In this document: one piece after another, positions 50,101 through 63,611 of the stretch
Position numbering within the stretch: the stretch's first letter is position 1
Layout of the letters: each line of letters begins with the position of its first letter
The notes under the pieces: generated by a model
Database searches by the model: none
What the model saw: the letters and a program-made list of their open reading frames with translations, nothing else
Told to the model about the DNA's origin: nothing
Source: Dimorphilus gyrociliatus
Lineage: Eukaryota > Animalia > Annelida
Assembly (NCBI GenBank): GCA_904063045.1
Contig: CAJFCJ010000011.1
Span: forward strand, 62,001 to 126,000
Direction of reading: 5' to 3'
DNA length: 64,000 bases
Translations under genes and position numbers: made by a program

Positions 50101-50961
50101 TGATGATGACAGTGATGATGATAGAAATACTCCGACAAGCCAAAGGAATCAAAGGCGTTATAAGGAAACATCATCTAGACGCAGAGACGATAGCGATTCC
50201 TTAGAAGAATCGACCGAATTTTTGCAGACAACTTTCAGAGGATACAGAAAGAATAGAGATCAACTAAAATACGCAAGGTAAAAACTATTAGATTTAAATA
50301 GTCAAAATAGAGATTTTAATACTAATACAAAAGAACAATTAATAATTAGAGCCGAATTGGATTCTGATTTCGAAAATAACGTCGAATTCTTACAAAGTAC
50401 ATTAAAAGGCCATTTAAATCGAAAGAAGACAAATAGTAATAGGTATTTTTGAAAAAAGTCTAAGCATTTTTGACATATTAAGCTGGCTAAAATTAGTGGA
50501 ATGATGGTCTTGATCTCTTTGTCCATTTTATATATTTCATTATTAATTTGACTTTTGCATGATATGATCATATTACTTGTCTAGTCTGGCTTCCCTAATT
50601 TCTCAAATATTGTAGCATGATTATAGACTAACTGGATTCAACAATTCCATGTAGTACTAATTGTGTTCAGTAAAAATGAATTGAATAATTAAATACTCAA
50701 TTATAATAGTTAATTAGCTAATTAATTAATTAAAAATTTATAATGTTTCTTGTTTTTTTTTCATGCTACTCTTTTCCTTAAACCGAAAATAGAAAAAGAG
50801 ATGGTAAATAATAATGAAATTTTAAAGTTTTAATTAATAATTACATCTAATTATCTAACTAATTAAAAGATTTTGATGATGAGTCAGAAGATTCCTTAGT
50901 CAGTGGATCGAGAAACTCGAGGCCGTCAACAGCAACAACAAGAAGATCGTTTAGAAGATAG
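47131..50961 (+). CDS. IQCE: IQ domain-containing protein E
   Basis: EEYYDDIITLKKQ...RMRRLEEENAKKEKEIDQLLNP..IRRTLGDRKPDSAAVIYSMKQKVFKLEQQ...DLKTTKIEEL matches the IQCE coiled coil. Several C-terminal IQ-like motifs (KRIQRNWR, LQSTMRGHLLR, LQTTFRGYRKN, LQSTLKGHLNR). The last-exon junction is tentative. Confidence 0.88.
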
Positions 50962-51805
50962 AAAGGCTTAACTTGGAAATTATTACATTAAGAATTATCT
51001 TTCTCTTTAAAACAAAAAAATCTTATTATCTATTTAAAAAAAAAGGAAAATCTATATACTGTACTTTCTCCATTGTCTGTGATAGTTTAATCCATAAATT
51101 GCTCATTTTTTACAATGTATTTTCTATTAAAAGAAATACAATTATGAATTTTTTCCCTCGTTTTATATCTTCTTCTTGTATACTTAATATTAAGTAGTTA
51201 TACACTGTATGTAATCAATATATTATTTATTGGTTAATAAGATCAGTTTTTACTTGACAAATGTAATATTTAAACAAAGGAAACTAGGTCAAAGGTTAGG
51301 GAGGTTTCTTACAACAACTAGAACTATTAAACGCATTTATCTTGTTTATTTCAAGACTAGCGAATATAGCTATCTTATCAGAAAAAGTACGTAATTTCCT
51401 TCCAATCTCAAACACTTACAATTTGCAATTTTTAAGTACATTTTTATGAATACCCAACAGTACAGGAAACATACTCAATAGTACTATTCTCACTCTTTTT
51501 TAAAACCATTCATTATTAGTAAACTCTACGTGAATGAGAGCTGAACATTTGAATAAATATGTTTTTTGTAAAAAGAAAAAGCACAGGAAGTTAAAATATA
51601 TTGTTATACAATACAATAATATATAAGTAAAAATGGGTTTGTGAAAAAAATTAAAGAAACATGGCACAAAAAAATTATCCCTTTCAACTGTATCGTTGCA
51701 CAGAGAATTTGTTAATATATCCTTCCTTCCTTCCTTCCCTTCCTCCCTCACACACACACACACACACACACACTCTATCTCTCTCTCTCTCTGCTAATTA
51801 ATTAA

Positions 51806-53261
51806 TTAGCATACGGTGGATTTGTAAGGGGGTGACGCTTCATACGAATCGAAACCATTCGCCATAACTTCGTATTCTCCCGACGAATGTGCATTAGCTC
51901 TGTGCTCGTCACTTGAACGAGATTGCCTTGGGGTATTCGTATAAATATTTGGATTATCGGCTTTACGCTGTTCAGCAGATCTGACTCCGCCAACATATTC
52001 CTCGTGAATATAAATATTATCCATAGAAGCGTAAGATGTATCTCTCGAGGGCGTACTATGGCCGTTTGTGTTTACAGCGTGACCTTTAACCGGGTCAGGA
52101 AGCGACCTCATGTCGGTAAGAGTAGCATAACTTCCGGATGCTGATGCATATGCATTTGAAACTCCTGAAGTCAAGTTATAGCTTGTTTTTTTTATCAAAA
52201 ACAAAATATATAAAAGAATTGCTAACCAGAATGTTCCAAAAATTTATCATATATATTTCTTGAGACCTTCGACAAATGATTATCAAAGGAGGAATCTTCA
52301 GCTGTCTTCAACAATGCTTGCATATTTGCCATTTGAACGTTTAACATAACATCTGGAGTTAGAGCTACAGCTTTCATCTATTTTAAATACATCACAATAT
52401 AAGTAAATTTATAATAAAAAGGTCAAACACTCAAAAATAAAATTCCTAAAAATAAATACAGACCTGTTGAAAATTAACAGAATTTTCTACGTATTTCTCT
52501 AATCTGTCATAAATCATGCTATTTAAATTTAATCTCGTATTGAAAATGTATGTGCCATCGCCTGTCATCGATCTTCTGCCTGATGTAATTATAAATTGAC
52601 TAGAACCCCTTGAACAAAAATCCTTTATATGAACCAAAGGCCAATAAGCTAGAAGGGCTTTAGAGACTTCTAGCAATAAAATAATACCAGATGGAGAGAC
52701 GTGTAAAAGACATAAACTTCCTCTTGAACCTAAGGCATTGTGCTCACTTGTATTCTCTGGTCGGACTTTGAAACATTCTTCTTCTAATCCGTCTTTAAGG
52801 CGATAATTAGATAGCAAATAAAAAGCAAATAAATGCAAAATTCTCGCTGATTCGAACGATAATATTAATCTTTTATAGGGTAAATTTAAAACGAGATTAT
52901 ATTCCTTTCCATTTAAATTCTCGAAATACTTTTGAACGTGATAGCCATTATTTAAAATAATCTCAGATCTTCCTTTTTCCTTGTTTGTTCTCTCAGCTTC
53001 ATTATGAGTTGATGCGTCAGAATGGTAATAAACCAATTTAAGATCGGATTCTATTCGAATGAGACGACAAAATCTTTTACTCCAATGTGGACGCTTAAGT
53101 TTAAATCCGTTCTTGTGTTCTGTTCCACACAGTTTAAACGCCCATGTCTAAAAATAAACAGGAAAACAAAACTTAAAAAATGAGATGAAAAAAGTTTTAT
53201 TCTACTTTACCTGAAATATGACACCCGTCAAATCATTCGTAGATTCATTAAAAGAGTTCAT
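51806..53261 (-). CDS. DOK-family adaptor (PH + IRS-type PTB + Tyr-motif tail)
   Basis: PH-like region (HWSKRFCRLIR..LVYY). PTB region: CLLHVSPSGIILL..LLAYWPLVHIKDF...FIITSGRRSMTGDGTYIFNT (cf. DOK W.Y..LR.FG...F.FEAGRR...G.G.F.F.T). The tail carries YATL, YASM, YTNT and YEVM motifs. Exon joins and the 3' end are approximate. Confidence 0.78.
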
Positions 53262-53490
53262 AATAAAAGATTATTGCTTATTTGTTGAACCATTTATGAT
53301 TTATTTCGAGAAATTAGCTGATGAAGGCATAATTTACTTCGGAAAAGTAAGAATGGTCTTTGTAAAACCCGGATTTAAATTTTATTCTTTTCGTAGTACA
53401 ATGTTATATTTTTAAATTAAGTTTTTAGAACTGTTTATAGTAAATATTTTATCTAAAGAATCAAATATGGGCAAAATTCGAAAAGAATAT

Positions 53491-53500
53491 CCGCCATTTT
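53491..53500 (-). promoter_or_regulatory. YY1-like AAAATGGCGG ~230 bp upstream of the DOK-like ATG
   Basis: Exact consensus core on the sense strand of the downstream gene. Confidence 0.4.
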
Positions 53501-53874
53501 GAAGTAGAATTTAGGCGGGCCGCTTTGGAAATGAACAACCTTTAACTAGGTCAAACCAAAAAATTGTTTAAAAGAATACAACAAATGCTTTATTTCTATT
53601 AAAACGCTTTATAGACTCTTAAACGTATAAGATATTTAATTATTAGGTAAACATTTGAAGACGTTACGTTCTATTTCGTAAGTATTCTTAATCAATAACT
53701 TAATAATTTTACATTGAAAAAAATGAATAATATTTAATAAAATAAATAATATTTATGACATTCTTCTATTTAATGTTTATTACGCAATATTTAAAGCTAA
53801 CACAGATAATATAAGAAATTGGCTAAATTCTGTCTTTGAAAAACTTTCATAAAGCGAATTAATTGTACTCTTTA

Positions 53875-53877
<3 letters not shown>

Positions 53878-53929
<52 letters not shown>
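53878..53929. repeat. (TA)n microsatellite
   Basis: Direct dinucleotide run. Confidence 0.9.
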
Positions 53930-53931
<2 letters not shown>

Positions 53932-55149
53932 ATTGAATATAATTTCATTCACTTTAGATTATAGTTGTTGACACCTGTTCAAATTTTTGAGCAAGTGTCA
54001 ATTGTCTATAAATTTTAATAATTTTGATAAAAAAAACCTAATTAAAGTATACAAAGTAACGATTACTTTTTATTTGTTACAATATTATATTTTCAAGGTC
54101 AATATACTCTATTAAGTTTGAACTTCAATAATAAGTTCAATATAAAAAAAGTCATAGCCATTAGCAAGATTAAACAGTATAAAAAGATCCTCGGCTAGAA
54201 TGATTATTCTTTAAATAGAGCTTTTCTTTTTATAGAAAAAAAACAAGATATTGTTGCAAAAGCGTCTTTTTTGCGGTTCTAGGAAAATAAATTTATATAG
54301 AATCGTATGTCTGAGTTTAATATTAATTCCTTCCATTCATTTTATCCTTCAGATCGAATTTTTTCTTCTTTTCAACTGGGAATATTGAAGAATCAAATAT
54401 CAACAATTAGAAGTTAAATATATATACATATTACTTATTTTTACGTATTTTATATGATTTTGATATATTGAAATATAAATTATAAATGAATGAATCCTAT
54501 TTCTCTCTTAATTGGACGTTATAGCTCGGTCTCTCTCTCTCTCACTTTCTCTCTTTCGTATTCATTAATTAAATATTGCCAAAAATAGTATAATCTAGTA
54601 TAATCTTCATGAATTACGATCATAATAGCTTCTCTATGAAATTTTAAATACTCAATATTTTATAAATTTTATATTCTTACTCAGGAATTTGATACTTTGA
54701 ATTTTTTTAATTGACAATTGAAATCTCATTATTTTACTGTAAACTTCATAGAAGAAATGACTACGGAGTAAAGTTTAATTAATATATAAAGTATTGTAAC
54801 TTCAAAATATTTATGAATGAGTAAATTAAGAGTATTGTGAAAGTGCTGAAAAGCACTAAGCAGCTTTAGAAGAACACCCGCTTATGGAAAAATTCAATTA
54901 CCAGTTTCTTTTATAGATTTAAGCGTGCAGTTGTATTTCCGGGAAGATTGTTTTCTTTTTTTGTCTATAGATATACTATCTCAATCACTGTGATATTACA
55001 GGTAAATTTTTTTGAATTTACTATATGTTAATAAAATTAAAAATGCCGTAGCATATCCATCTGCTTTAACTCAATATTTCTGTTATTCGACAAAATAATA
55101 GGCGGCGTGAGTGATAATTCAAGAATTGTTTCTTTCTTCTAGAACAGAA

Positions 55150-56527
55150 ATGGTTAAATTATTCGTAGGGAACATCCCAGATGATCTATATAGCAATGAG
55201 TTGCGTGAACTTTTTCAAGAATATGGTTCAGTTGAAGAGGCAACTAGACTATCAAAATTTGCATTTGTTGTAAGTATAATTTATATCTATAGTTTTCTTT
55301 AATCTTGTAACATATTTTTTTGAATACAGCATATGCCGAATGAGGATGAAGCTGATCGTGCTTTGAAAGGATTAGACAAATATCATCTGAGAGGTTTTAA
55401 TATTAATGTGGAGGTACAATATCACTAGACTGCACTTCAACATATTTTCGCCATGACAACCCTTTATTTGTTTTAAGATTTCAACTAGCACAGCAGGAGA
55501 GAAAGGCGGACCGAGAAATAGAAATGAAAGAGGAAATTCCGCTGGACCTACGCGTGGTAGGGGGATGAATGACCGGGGAAGAGGAGGCGATAGCGCTTAC
55601 AGAGGAGGCCCACCTGGGGGTCAAAGTCATTCTAATAACCGATATAACCCATATAACGATGGACCTCCTGGTCCATATTATCAAGCGGGAAATCGATCTG
55701 AATATGAACGCTATTTCGAGAAGAGACCTCTTAATGATATGGAAAGGCGGCTGTTAAACGTACTTCTTAGAAGAAAGGAAGACTTTGATGGACCTCAGCA
55801 ACAACCCGTTTGGGATCCTTACAACAGGCCACCGCCGGAAGCCTACAAGAGGCCAAATGAAGGGTAAGCGACGCTTAAACACCAATGTCGTTTACGTGGT
55901 CATCAGGAATATTAGGTGAAAACTTTAATTACTAGATATTTGCTGCCTTTTCTCTCTAAATGATCGTTGAGCACTTTTTTAATTAAACCAAATTTGTCTT
56001 ACAATTACTTTTCTCATTTCAATTTTCTACTTTGTGGCATATAAGCTGACTTTAATTTCATTTAGCGTATTGATTGTTCAAGTATCGTACCAGCTTAACA
56101 GTATTTACTTAACACTACCTCTCCGACTAGAATTAATTTAATTTCTTTGGTTAATAGTGTTTACATCATGTAGTTCAAATAATTTGCAGCAAAGGTATGA
56201 CATTTTATATTATTGTTACTAAAGTTAAGAAATGTTACACTTCTGTGTCAAAATATCAGAATGAAAGCTGATTCGCCTATGTATATTAAATCAATCGGAA
56301 GTGAATTCAGTCAAGTACACAAATACTATAATCTGTACATAGACTTGTAATATGAAAAAATATGTTAAAGACTTATAGATTAAACCCTAGTAACTGTTAT
56401 ATGAGTAGAATGTGTATTTTCTTTCAGACCGGGGAGCTCCTATAAGGCCGCGATTACAACCAACAAGAGTAAATCAGGGGTTACTGGATCGACCATCTAT
56501 GGATCAACTCTGGGTGCCTACCAATAA
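55150..56527 (+). CDS. RBM4/lark-like RNA-binding protein with a single RRM and an RGG/PY-rich tail
   Basis: MVKLFVGNIP...LFQEYGSVEE...FAFV|HMPNE..A..AL..LDKYHLRGFNINVE resembles RBM4/lark RRM1. Exons 55150-55269, 55330-55413, 55478-55863 and 56428-56527 (last exon tentative). Confidence 0.78.
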
Positions 56528-56934
56528 GCATGTAGTAGATTATCATTGCTACTATTCTATGTATCTATTCTCTGCTCTCCTTCTATGTATATATATATAT
56601 ATATATGTATATGTACTGTATATATATAGGTATTAAGTGTATAAAAAAAAAAAGTTATCCATTTTATTCATATCTTTGTAAACAGCTATCTTGGAATCAA
56701 ATTCATATGCAGCACAAGAAAATTGCACTGTTATACTATACAAGACAAAATAACTTTTTGATAATAGCTTTTTTATTAAAAATTTATGATTTTTGTTTCA
56801 CTATTTTTGTCGATTTAAAACTGAAGATTTGTAATAAGGCGTTTTATTTTTTGTTAAAATATATGCTAGTAAACAGGTATTTTTTTAAAAAATACTTAAT
56901 TCTGTACATATATACTCTATATACTGTACATATA

Positions 56935-56967
<33 letters not shown>

Positions 56968-57007
56968 ATATATGTATACTGTGGGAAATCTCTTAGCAGG
57001 TTAATTA

Positions 57008-58050
57008 TTACAGAGCCGGATCAAATTTTTCCAATATTCTAAAGTGATTTGTCAAAGATGAATCTTGATTTTCAAAGTATCTCTTACTACTGACTCTCCC
57101 ACCTAATTTCTCTATATTGCTGACAAATGATGTATATTCCCTCGCTATCCATGGTCTATTTTCATCATCTATTTGATAGGGTGTTACGTGACATGAGAAT
57201 TTTTTATCAATTACTTCTTTCAGAATCTTATTGTCAGTCAAGTAGACATTTTTACCACCGTTGTGACCCCCATCTAGATAATAAAATATCTCTGCTCTTT
57301 TTGATAAGGTCGGCTTTTCTTCAGTCGATTTTGCAATTTCGAATAATAATTGATTTAGAACTATAATACCTTTACTAAATCCGACTATCCTTATAGGCGT
57401 GTTATTGTTGATCAACTCTGAATAGGAATCATCGAATTTTACAACACCTTCTAATAAACTCTCTAGATGGCGCCAAGAATGATAACATTCGGTATATTCA
57501 GTGGGATAGTACTTATTGTCCATTTTCAAGAAATTATGGTAACAGCTGAAAAAGAATTGGCTATTCAGAAATTATGCTAACATATCACACTAAATCATTA
57601 CATTGAATTTATACGTCATAAGATATCGAATCATTTACAATCTATGACCTGAAATAGACCTTTAACCTCTTTTTTTATTAAACAAGGACAATAAGAGAAC
57701 CTGCTTTTCCCTGTTAGTGAATATTTAGTCACAAGAAAATATATTCACATAGGCCTAATAACTATTTTTCTATACACGTAAAAGAAAACTACTAACCTGT
57801 ATGTTCCATAAGCATATTCACTAGGCCTAATGATAATTACGACGGAATTGAATTTGTTATGTAACACATCCGCTGTTTTCTCAAAGCTCCACATTGAATA
57901 CCTTCGATTATCTTTGTGATTTAGCATACTTTCTTCAAAATCCTGAACATCGCCACCAAAATAAACGACCACTCCCTTACTAAAATCTGTTCCATAAACT
58001 AGTACATCATTTTTACGATCATCAATTCCTTTGACGTTTACTAAACTAAG
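57008..58050 (-). CDS. C2orf69: C2orf69/UPF0565 homolog (alpha/beta-hydrolase-like fold); 5' end unresolved
   Basis: VVYFGGDVQ, WSFEKTA, |SCYHNFLK, IVGFSKGIIVLNQLLFE, YLDGGHNGG, HVTPYQI.DENRPWI and NHFRIL all match C2orf69 motifs. Intron 57796-57546. Confidence 0.88.
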
Positions 58051-60623
58051 TCTTTATTAGAGAGTAAAAAAGAGAATTACACCCTTAGGGCTTATTGCAT
58101 TGTTTTTTTGTTCTTTATTGAATAAACAGCTCGATAATAATTACATATTAAACTTTAATGAAAGCATTATTATGACATGTATCAACCTCAACCTCTCATC
58201 AGCCTATCGATCTTTAAACTTCCTAAATAAATAGAAAAGCATATATCTCTCTTCTATATATATAAAAGCACCCTTTAGTCAAAATAAACATTCGGTTATT
58301 AATATAATTAAAGAACTGTTAAAGGGTGGGGAGAAGTTAGTGTGAGGATAAAGAAACAATTGACAGGAGTGAAGGTTGGGGGCAGAAAGGGGAAGGGGTG
58401 TGGCTTAATAGAGGTTTGTAAAGAAGGTAAAATATGCTTGGCGGGAACAATTTTTTCAATGTTCAAACTCTAGTCATAGATGAGTCAAATGGGTGGTTGA
58501 CGACGGGAACAGAATTAAAACTAGGTCAAATTTTAAAAAATAAGCAAAAATGTTATTTTTTTTTTGTCTTAGTGCATTCGAGTACTATGAAATATTAACC
58601 AGACTAAAGGTTCTTTTTCACTCTCTAAAAGACCGTTTGGGTGTCGACATAGTGTACTTGCTAGTTCAAAAGGAAAGAATCTACTTATCGAGAAGATAAT
58701 AATAGCTCTTTTTAAAAAGCTTCGTCAGAAAGAGATCTGTTTATCGCAATAGTAAAAAAATATATCAGAATTATACATAAGCTTACTGTGCGACAGCCTT
58801 CATAGATTAAGCAGTAGGTCGTCCTCTTAACCTCAACCTGTACAAAAATAGTATCGTTTTGTTAATAAATGTTAATTGTGTTCACCTTCCAGTCTCTTAT
58901 AGACGAAGCGAACTCACGTCATCTACTTAACACCTGTTCTTTTTTATATATTTATATATATATATATGTATATATATATATCTCTTGAGGTTATGACCTA
59001 GTGATACACCCTGGTTTTTCTTCCTTTCAGATATTCACTTAATAAAACGTTAGATTTCACCTATTCAATACGAAAATAGAGTTTTTTTTTTTCTACTTAC
59101 TTATATAAGCTCTGACTCAATAATGCGTAATTTTCAATATACAATGTACATATATTGGAGATATTATATCACGAACGAAATTATGGATAATCGATAATAA
59201 ACATTATTAACAATTCGACAATAGCACTTAAAGGTCAGAAGAAACAGAATATTCTTTCTTTTTTTTTTCACTTTTATTAATTTACTGCTAAATAAGTAGA
59301 GTTTTCCGATTCTTCTCCGTTTCGTAGAATGAATATTGTCATTATTTTTATAAATAACAGGCTTAAACCGACTATTGCGCTTGCTTCTCTCTCTCTCTCT
59401 CTTTTTCCTTTATTTATTAATATTTCAGTCTGTTTTCGTAACATCAATCGTGGAAATTATATAGATAAAAATAACCCCGAATTACATTCTATTGTTAACC
59501 TGGTAATATAAAACGTGTGACGTGCATTATATCAATCATTTGCTAAACAATTTGTAAATAAGGCTAAAGCTTGTCTATAATCAAGAAGCAGGTATAGTTT
59601 TTAAGCTCAAAATGTTATTTACAAAAAAGACGTTAGTTAACTATGGAAAGGGATTTTATTTGTGTACAAACCGTATTATGTAATATGGAAAATTCCTCAC
59701 TCACCCTCCCCTACCTACCTACCTACCTAACTCTTGTAGTGCACTTTCCTCCTCCCCCTCCCCCCATCTTTGGCCCAGCCCATGAGAAAGCGCCACCTAC
59801 TAAAAGTCGTTGACTGGTGTAGTAGTATTCAGTTGAACGGCGCATCGAGAGAGTTTCATAAGGAATATATCGAAAAGAGGAGGAATAAATTTTTTTGTAT
59901 GATATAGCAGAATTATCTATTTAACGGGTGATACAGTTTAAAAGGATTTATCAAAGGACCAACCGCTATTATTCCTACTTAGGAGTTTGTTTTCGCAATA
60001 TCCAAGGTTTTTATTATGTTTTTATTCTATCCCCTAATTAATATTTCATATGTATAAACGGTTTTACCTGATAATAATTACTCAATGGTTAGATCTTTAA
60101 ATTAAGCGTTACATGTTTAAGGAACGTTTAATTTAATAAGTAGAATAATAAATAGGAAAAACAACAATATCTAGCCTATTACGCCTGTTCTCCTTATAGG
60201 CTGCTTTTAGAATAAGCTTTATCGAAACGAAACTAGGCCTACTTATCCTTTCAGTTCGTAGCTATTTATTTCTTAGGCCTAAAAAACCGGCCGAATCGAT
60301 CCTTCTTCACCTTCGCGCAGTTTGTTTTCAGGCGCAAACTGTTACGTACTTTATAGTAGAGAATGTTAAATGATAAGTACAGAGAATATTAGCGATGTTT
60401 TATTGTTAATCACCAAACTAGAGAGTGGAAGGAGTTAAATATCTGCAGCTTGATAAATAGAAAGGAGAGGTCGGTAAAAACTAGGGGGGGTGGGAAAATT
60501 GAGAACAGAGAAAGATACGTATATCTATCTTTCTGTATATATATATATATAGAACTAGATATATATTTATATGTAAATGGCGTACGGGTACACAGATAAA
60601 GCAACAACAAAAAGAACGAATAG

Positions 60624-60630
60624 AGTGAGT

Positions 60631-60679
<49 letters not shown>

Positions 60680-60710
60680 TGTGTGTGTGTGTGAGTGAGA
60701 GAGTGAGCGA
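60624..60710. repeat. Compound (GAGT)n(GA)n(GT)n microsatellite
   Basis: Direct inspection. Confidence 0.9.
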
Positions 60711-61276
60711 GCAAAAGGGAGTAGGAGAAGCTTTATGACATATAGATATATAAATAGCTATAAATAATATACGTAGACCTATAAGAAACAAAAAATTCAT
60801 TTGATCAAACTTTTGTACTGACTAATGTGCATATGAACTTTCTTATATATATATACTGTATATATATATGTAAATTTATTATATTATGTAGACTGGTATC
60901 GTTTTAAAAAACAAAAAAAAATCTGTATCGATACATTTTTATTCTCATGCTATATACAAAGATTAGAATAACTGATAAAAACTTTCTATTTTGTTCTCAT
61001 GTTATGAGAAACTATTCAAAATAACAAAACGTTTCAATCTGGTACCTAGAAAGAAAAATTTTTTTTTTCTTTTTTTTAGTACTAATCCTTTTGTTTTTTT
61101 TATCTATCTATATGTCTATTTGTTATTTATGGAACTCAAAAGGTACGGCGTTCTATTTTCCTTAATGGCGGACATTTTTTTATAGTAATTTCTCATTTTA
61201 AAGTAGAAAAACTGTTAGATATCGATCGACCGCTTTCCTTATCTTCCCTTCATGTCCCTCGTCTGTACGTTACATC

Positions 61277-61278
<2 letters not shown>

Positions 61279-61344
<66 letters not shown>

Positions 61345-61352
61345 TACACACT
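61279..61352. repeat. Compound (TC)n(CA)n microsatellite
   Basis: Direct inspection. Confidence 0.9.
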
Positions 61353-62223
61353 TGTTATAATTAACCATATTTTCTAATATGGAATCATATATTTATTAAC
61401 AAAGCGACAGAACGGGTTATTTTTCTTCGAAAAGGTACTGGCCAAAGAAAGCATTTTATAATTTACTTCCTCATGAATATTCATTTATTCATAAGTAGTT
61501 ATAAAAAGAATATCATATTTGATTTCGATAAGTTTCCTGAAACCATTATGCTACTTTACTGAAAAACTCGATAAAACAACACAAATGAATTGCGCAACGG
61601 ATTTTAGCCTCCGTACCTTAACCGGATGTCAAAGTGTAGCACTCATAGTAAAGTAAATTAGGAATTGATTAACGACCTCTCGCAGTAACTAGGTGAAAAT
61701 AATTTAATAGACGATTTTAGAAAACCTCAAATAAACACGTATAAACGATTAACTTCGTATTAGTAACCAAGCCTTTAATATAATTCTACCACGTTATTTA
61801 GAAAAGGTTAGGCTCAATTATTAGTTAGAGCTCCATCTATCGACTGTATAAAACACCTAGGGTTATCGTAACTGTAACATCAATAATTTAGGTAAAAAAA
61901 ATATTTTACCTTTAACAGAATCACGAAATAACTTTTTTTTAAAAAAAAGAATTACAAACGAAAGAGGAATTTTTATAAATAATAACCTTGGTAGTGTTTA
62001 ATGGTTAAGTGAATAGAAAATTAGTATATTACGACTTTTTAAAAGGTCTAGGCTTGATATAACGATAGGTCTTTGCTTGAGGTGCGGCAGGTCTAGGCAA
62101 TCGTTGACAATACAATAAAGCACTGTTCAAATGTTAAGATCGCTCTCTTTTTTTTCAATTTATATCGTAATCACCGGTGAATAATGAATTAATTCATGTG
62201 TTATTTTTTAATTTACTTATAGC

Positions 62224-63611
62224 ATGATGAACAATCGTGGTCCTCTGAAAATACGGGTAAAGCGAAAGCTAAACTCGGAAGATTGGTATCGAGAAAAGCA
62301 ATCCGATCTACATAACGAGTTTCTACTGGTACGAAAAGAAGAAAGAGATAGCATCGCGGATAATTCAATAGATAAGATAATGGTTGATAATAACGACAGT
62401 GATATTACAGTTGTTTATGAAAAGAAAGCCGAACCACATAAAGTAGAAGTGCTTGTACAACCTACCTCTAAAGCAGAAAAGCCAGTGAGGAAGAAGAAAT
62501 CGATTAGACGAAATAAAGATATCTGTAGTGCTAGAATAAAAAAAGAACAGCTCCAGGAGCTGTTAGAAAATCTCCAAAAGCCTGGGCCTTTAGTCGGTGG
62601 TTATGTGCTAAATAGTAGTGTTATGCGGTGTACTAATATAGCTCGAGATTTTACCGAGGCCGATGCTGTTAAAGAAGTAAATAGACATTGCTCAGATATT
62701 TTACACCGCCGTAGTAAATTGGTCGAAATACTGTTAGAAGGCGATCGGTCTAGATCCTTCTTCAATAAGGATTTCCGTTAGTATATATTTATAAAAGAAT
62801 TTTATATTTGTCCATTTCTGGTCAATGTGCTATAAGTTTCATTATCTTTTTAGCCTTCTTCAAAAGTCTAAAAATACCGAAATTTTGGTCAAAACATCCT
62901 GTAGAATTAGAAAACAACTCAAGAAAAAGCGTTTATTGGTCAGAAGTGTTAGCGAAATCAGATGAATATAAAATCATTTCAAATCTATTTCTAAGCACGG
63001 TTGATTCTTGCGAAGTCTCCACAATTTATAGGATACAAAATCCTTTTTTATGGGCATCCTATTGTTCGATGAAAGAACAAATGTTAGCCGAAAATTTACC
63101 ACTGTAAGTATGATTGAAATAGTCTATCGATCGATGGTTTTCCCATTATGAGATATTTTTTTTACTATTTTTTATTCCTCTTGTGAATATTCTCTTTCGT
63201 TATTAAAACAGTAATGAAAATCTTCTTTTCCACGGAACAACACACGAAGCCGCCGAAAGTATAGCTCGGGAAGGTTTTAATCGAAGTTATTGTGGTAAAA
63301 ATGCCACAATGTTTGGTAGAGGCGTGTACTTTGCCATAGATTCCTGTTACTCAACAAATCCTTTATATTCTCCTCCCAAAGAAGACGGTACAAGCGTCAT
63401 GTTTCTCGGAAGAGTTCTAATAGGCCTATCAATTCAGGGAGATAGCGGAATGAAATACCCTCCACGTATAGCAGATAAAACATCGAAAGAATTCAATCCA
63501 ACACAATATAACAGTACAGTGAACGATATGACTTTTCCTGGAATATATGTCGTGTATAAAGACTGCCAAGCGTATCCACAATACTTGATTGCGTTTAAAC
63601 GATCTAAATAG
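62224..63611 (+). CDS. PARP-family mono-ADP-ribosyltransferase (PARP12/14/TIPARP-type catalytic domain, H-Y-I), ~400 aa
   Basis: Exons 62224-62776, 62854-63103 and 63212-63611 are in frame (1203 nt). Motifs: IYRIQNPFLW, NENLLFHGT, GKNATMFGRGVYFA, MFLGRVLIG, STVND..FPGIYVVYKDCQAYPQYLI. An acceptor-like TAG just before the ATG suggests an upstream exon. Confidence 0.9.

Noticed and set aside
60624-61352. (GA)n(GT)n and (TC)n(CA)n tracts as a possible inverted repeat or TIR pair
   Set aside because: The block order is wrong for a single hairpin, there is no unique-sequence complementarity or target-site duplication, and similar microsatellites occur throughout the window.
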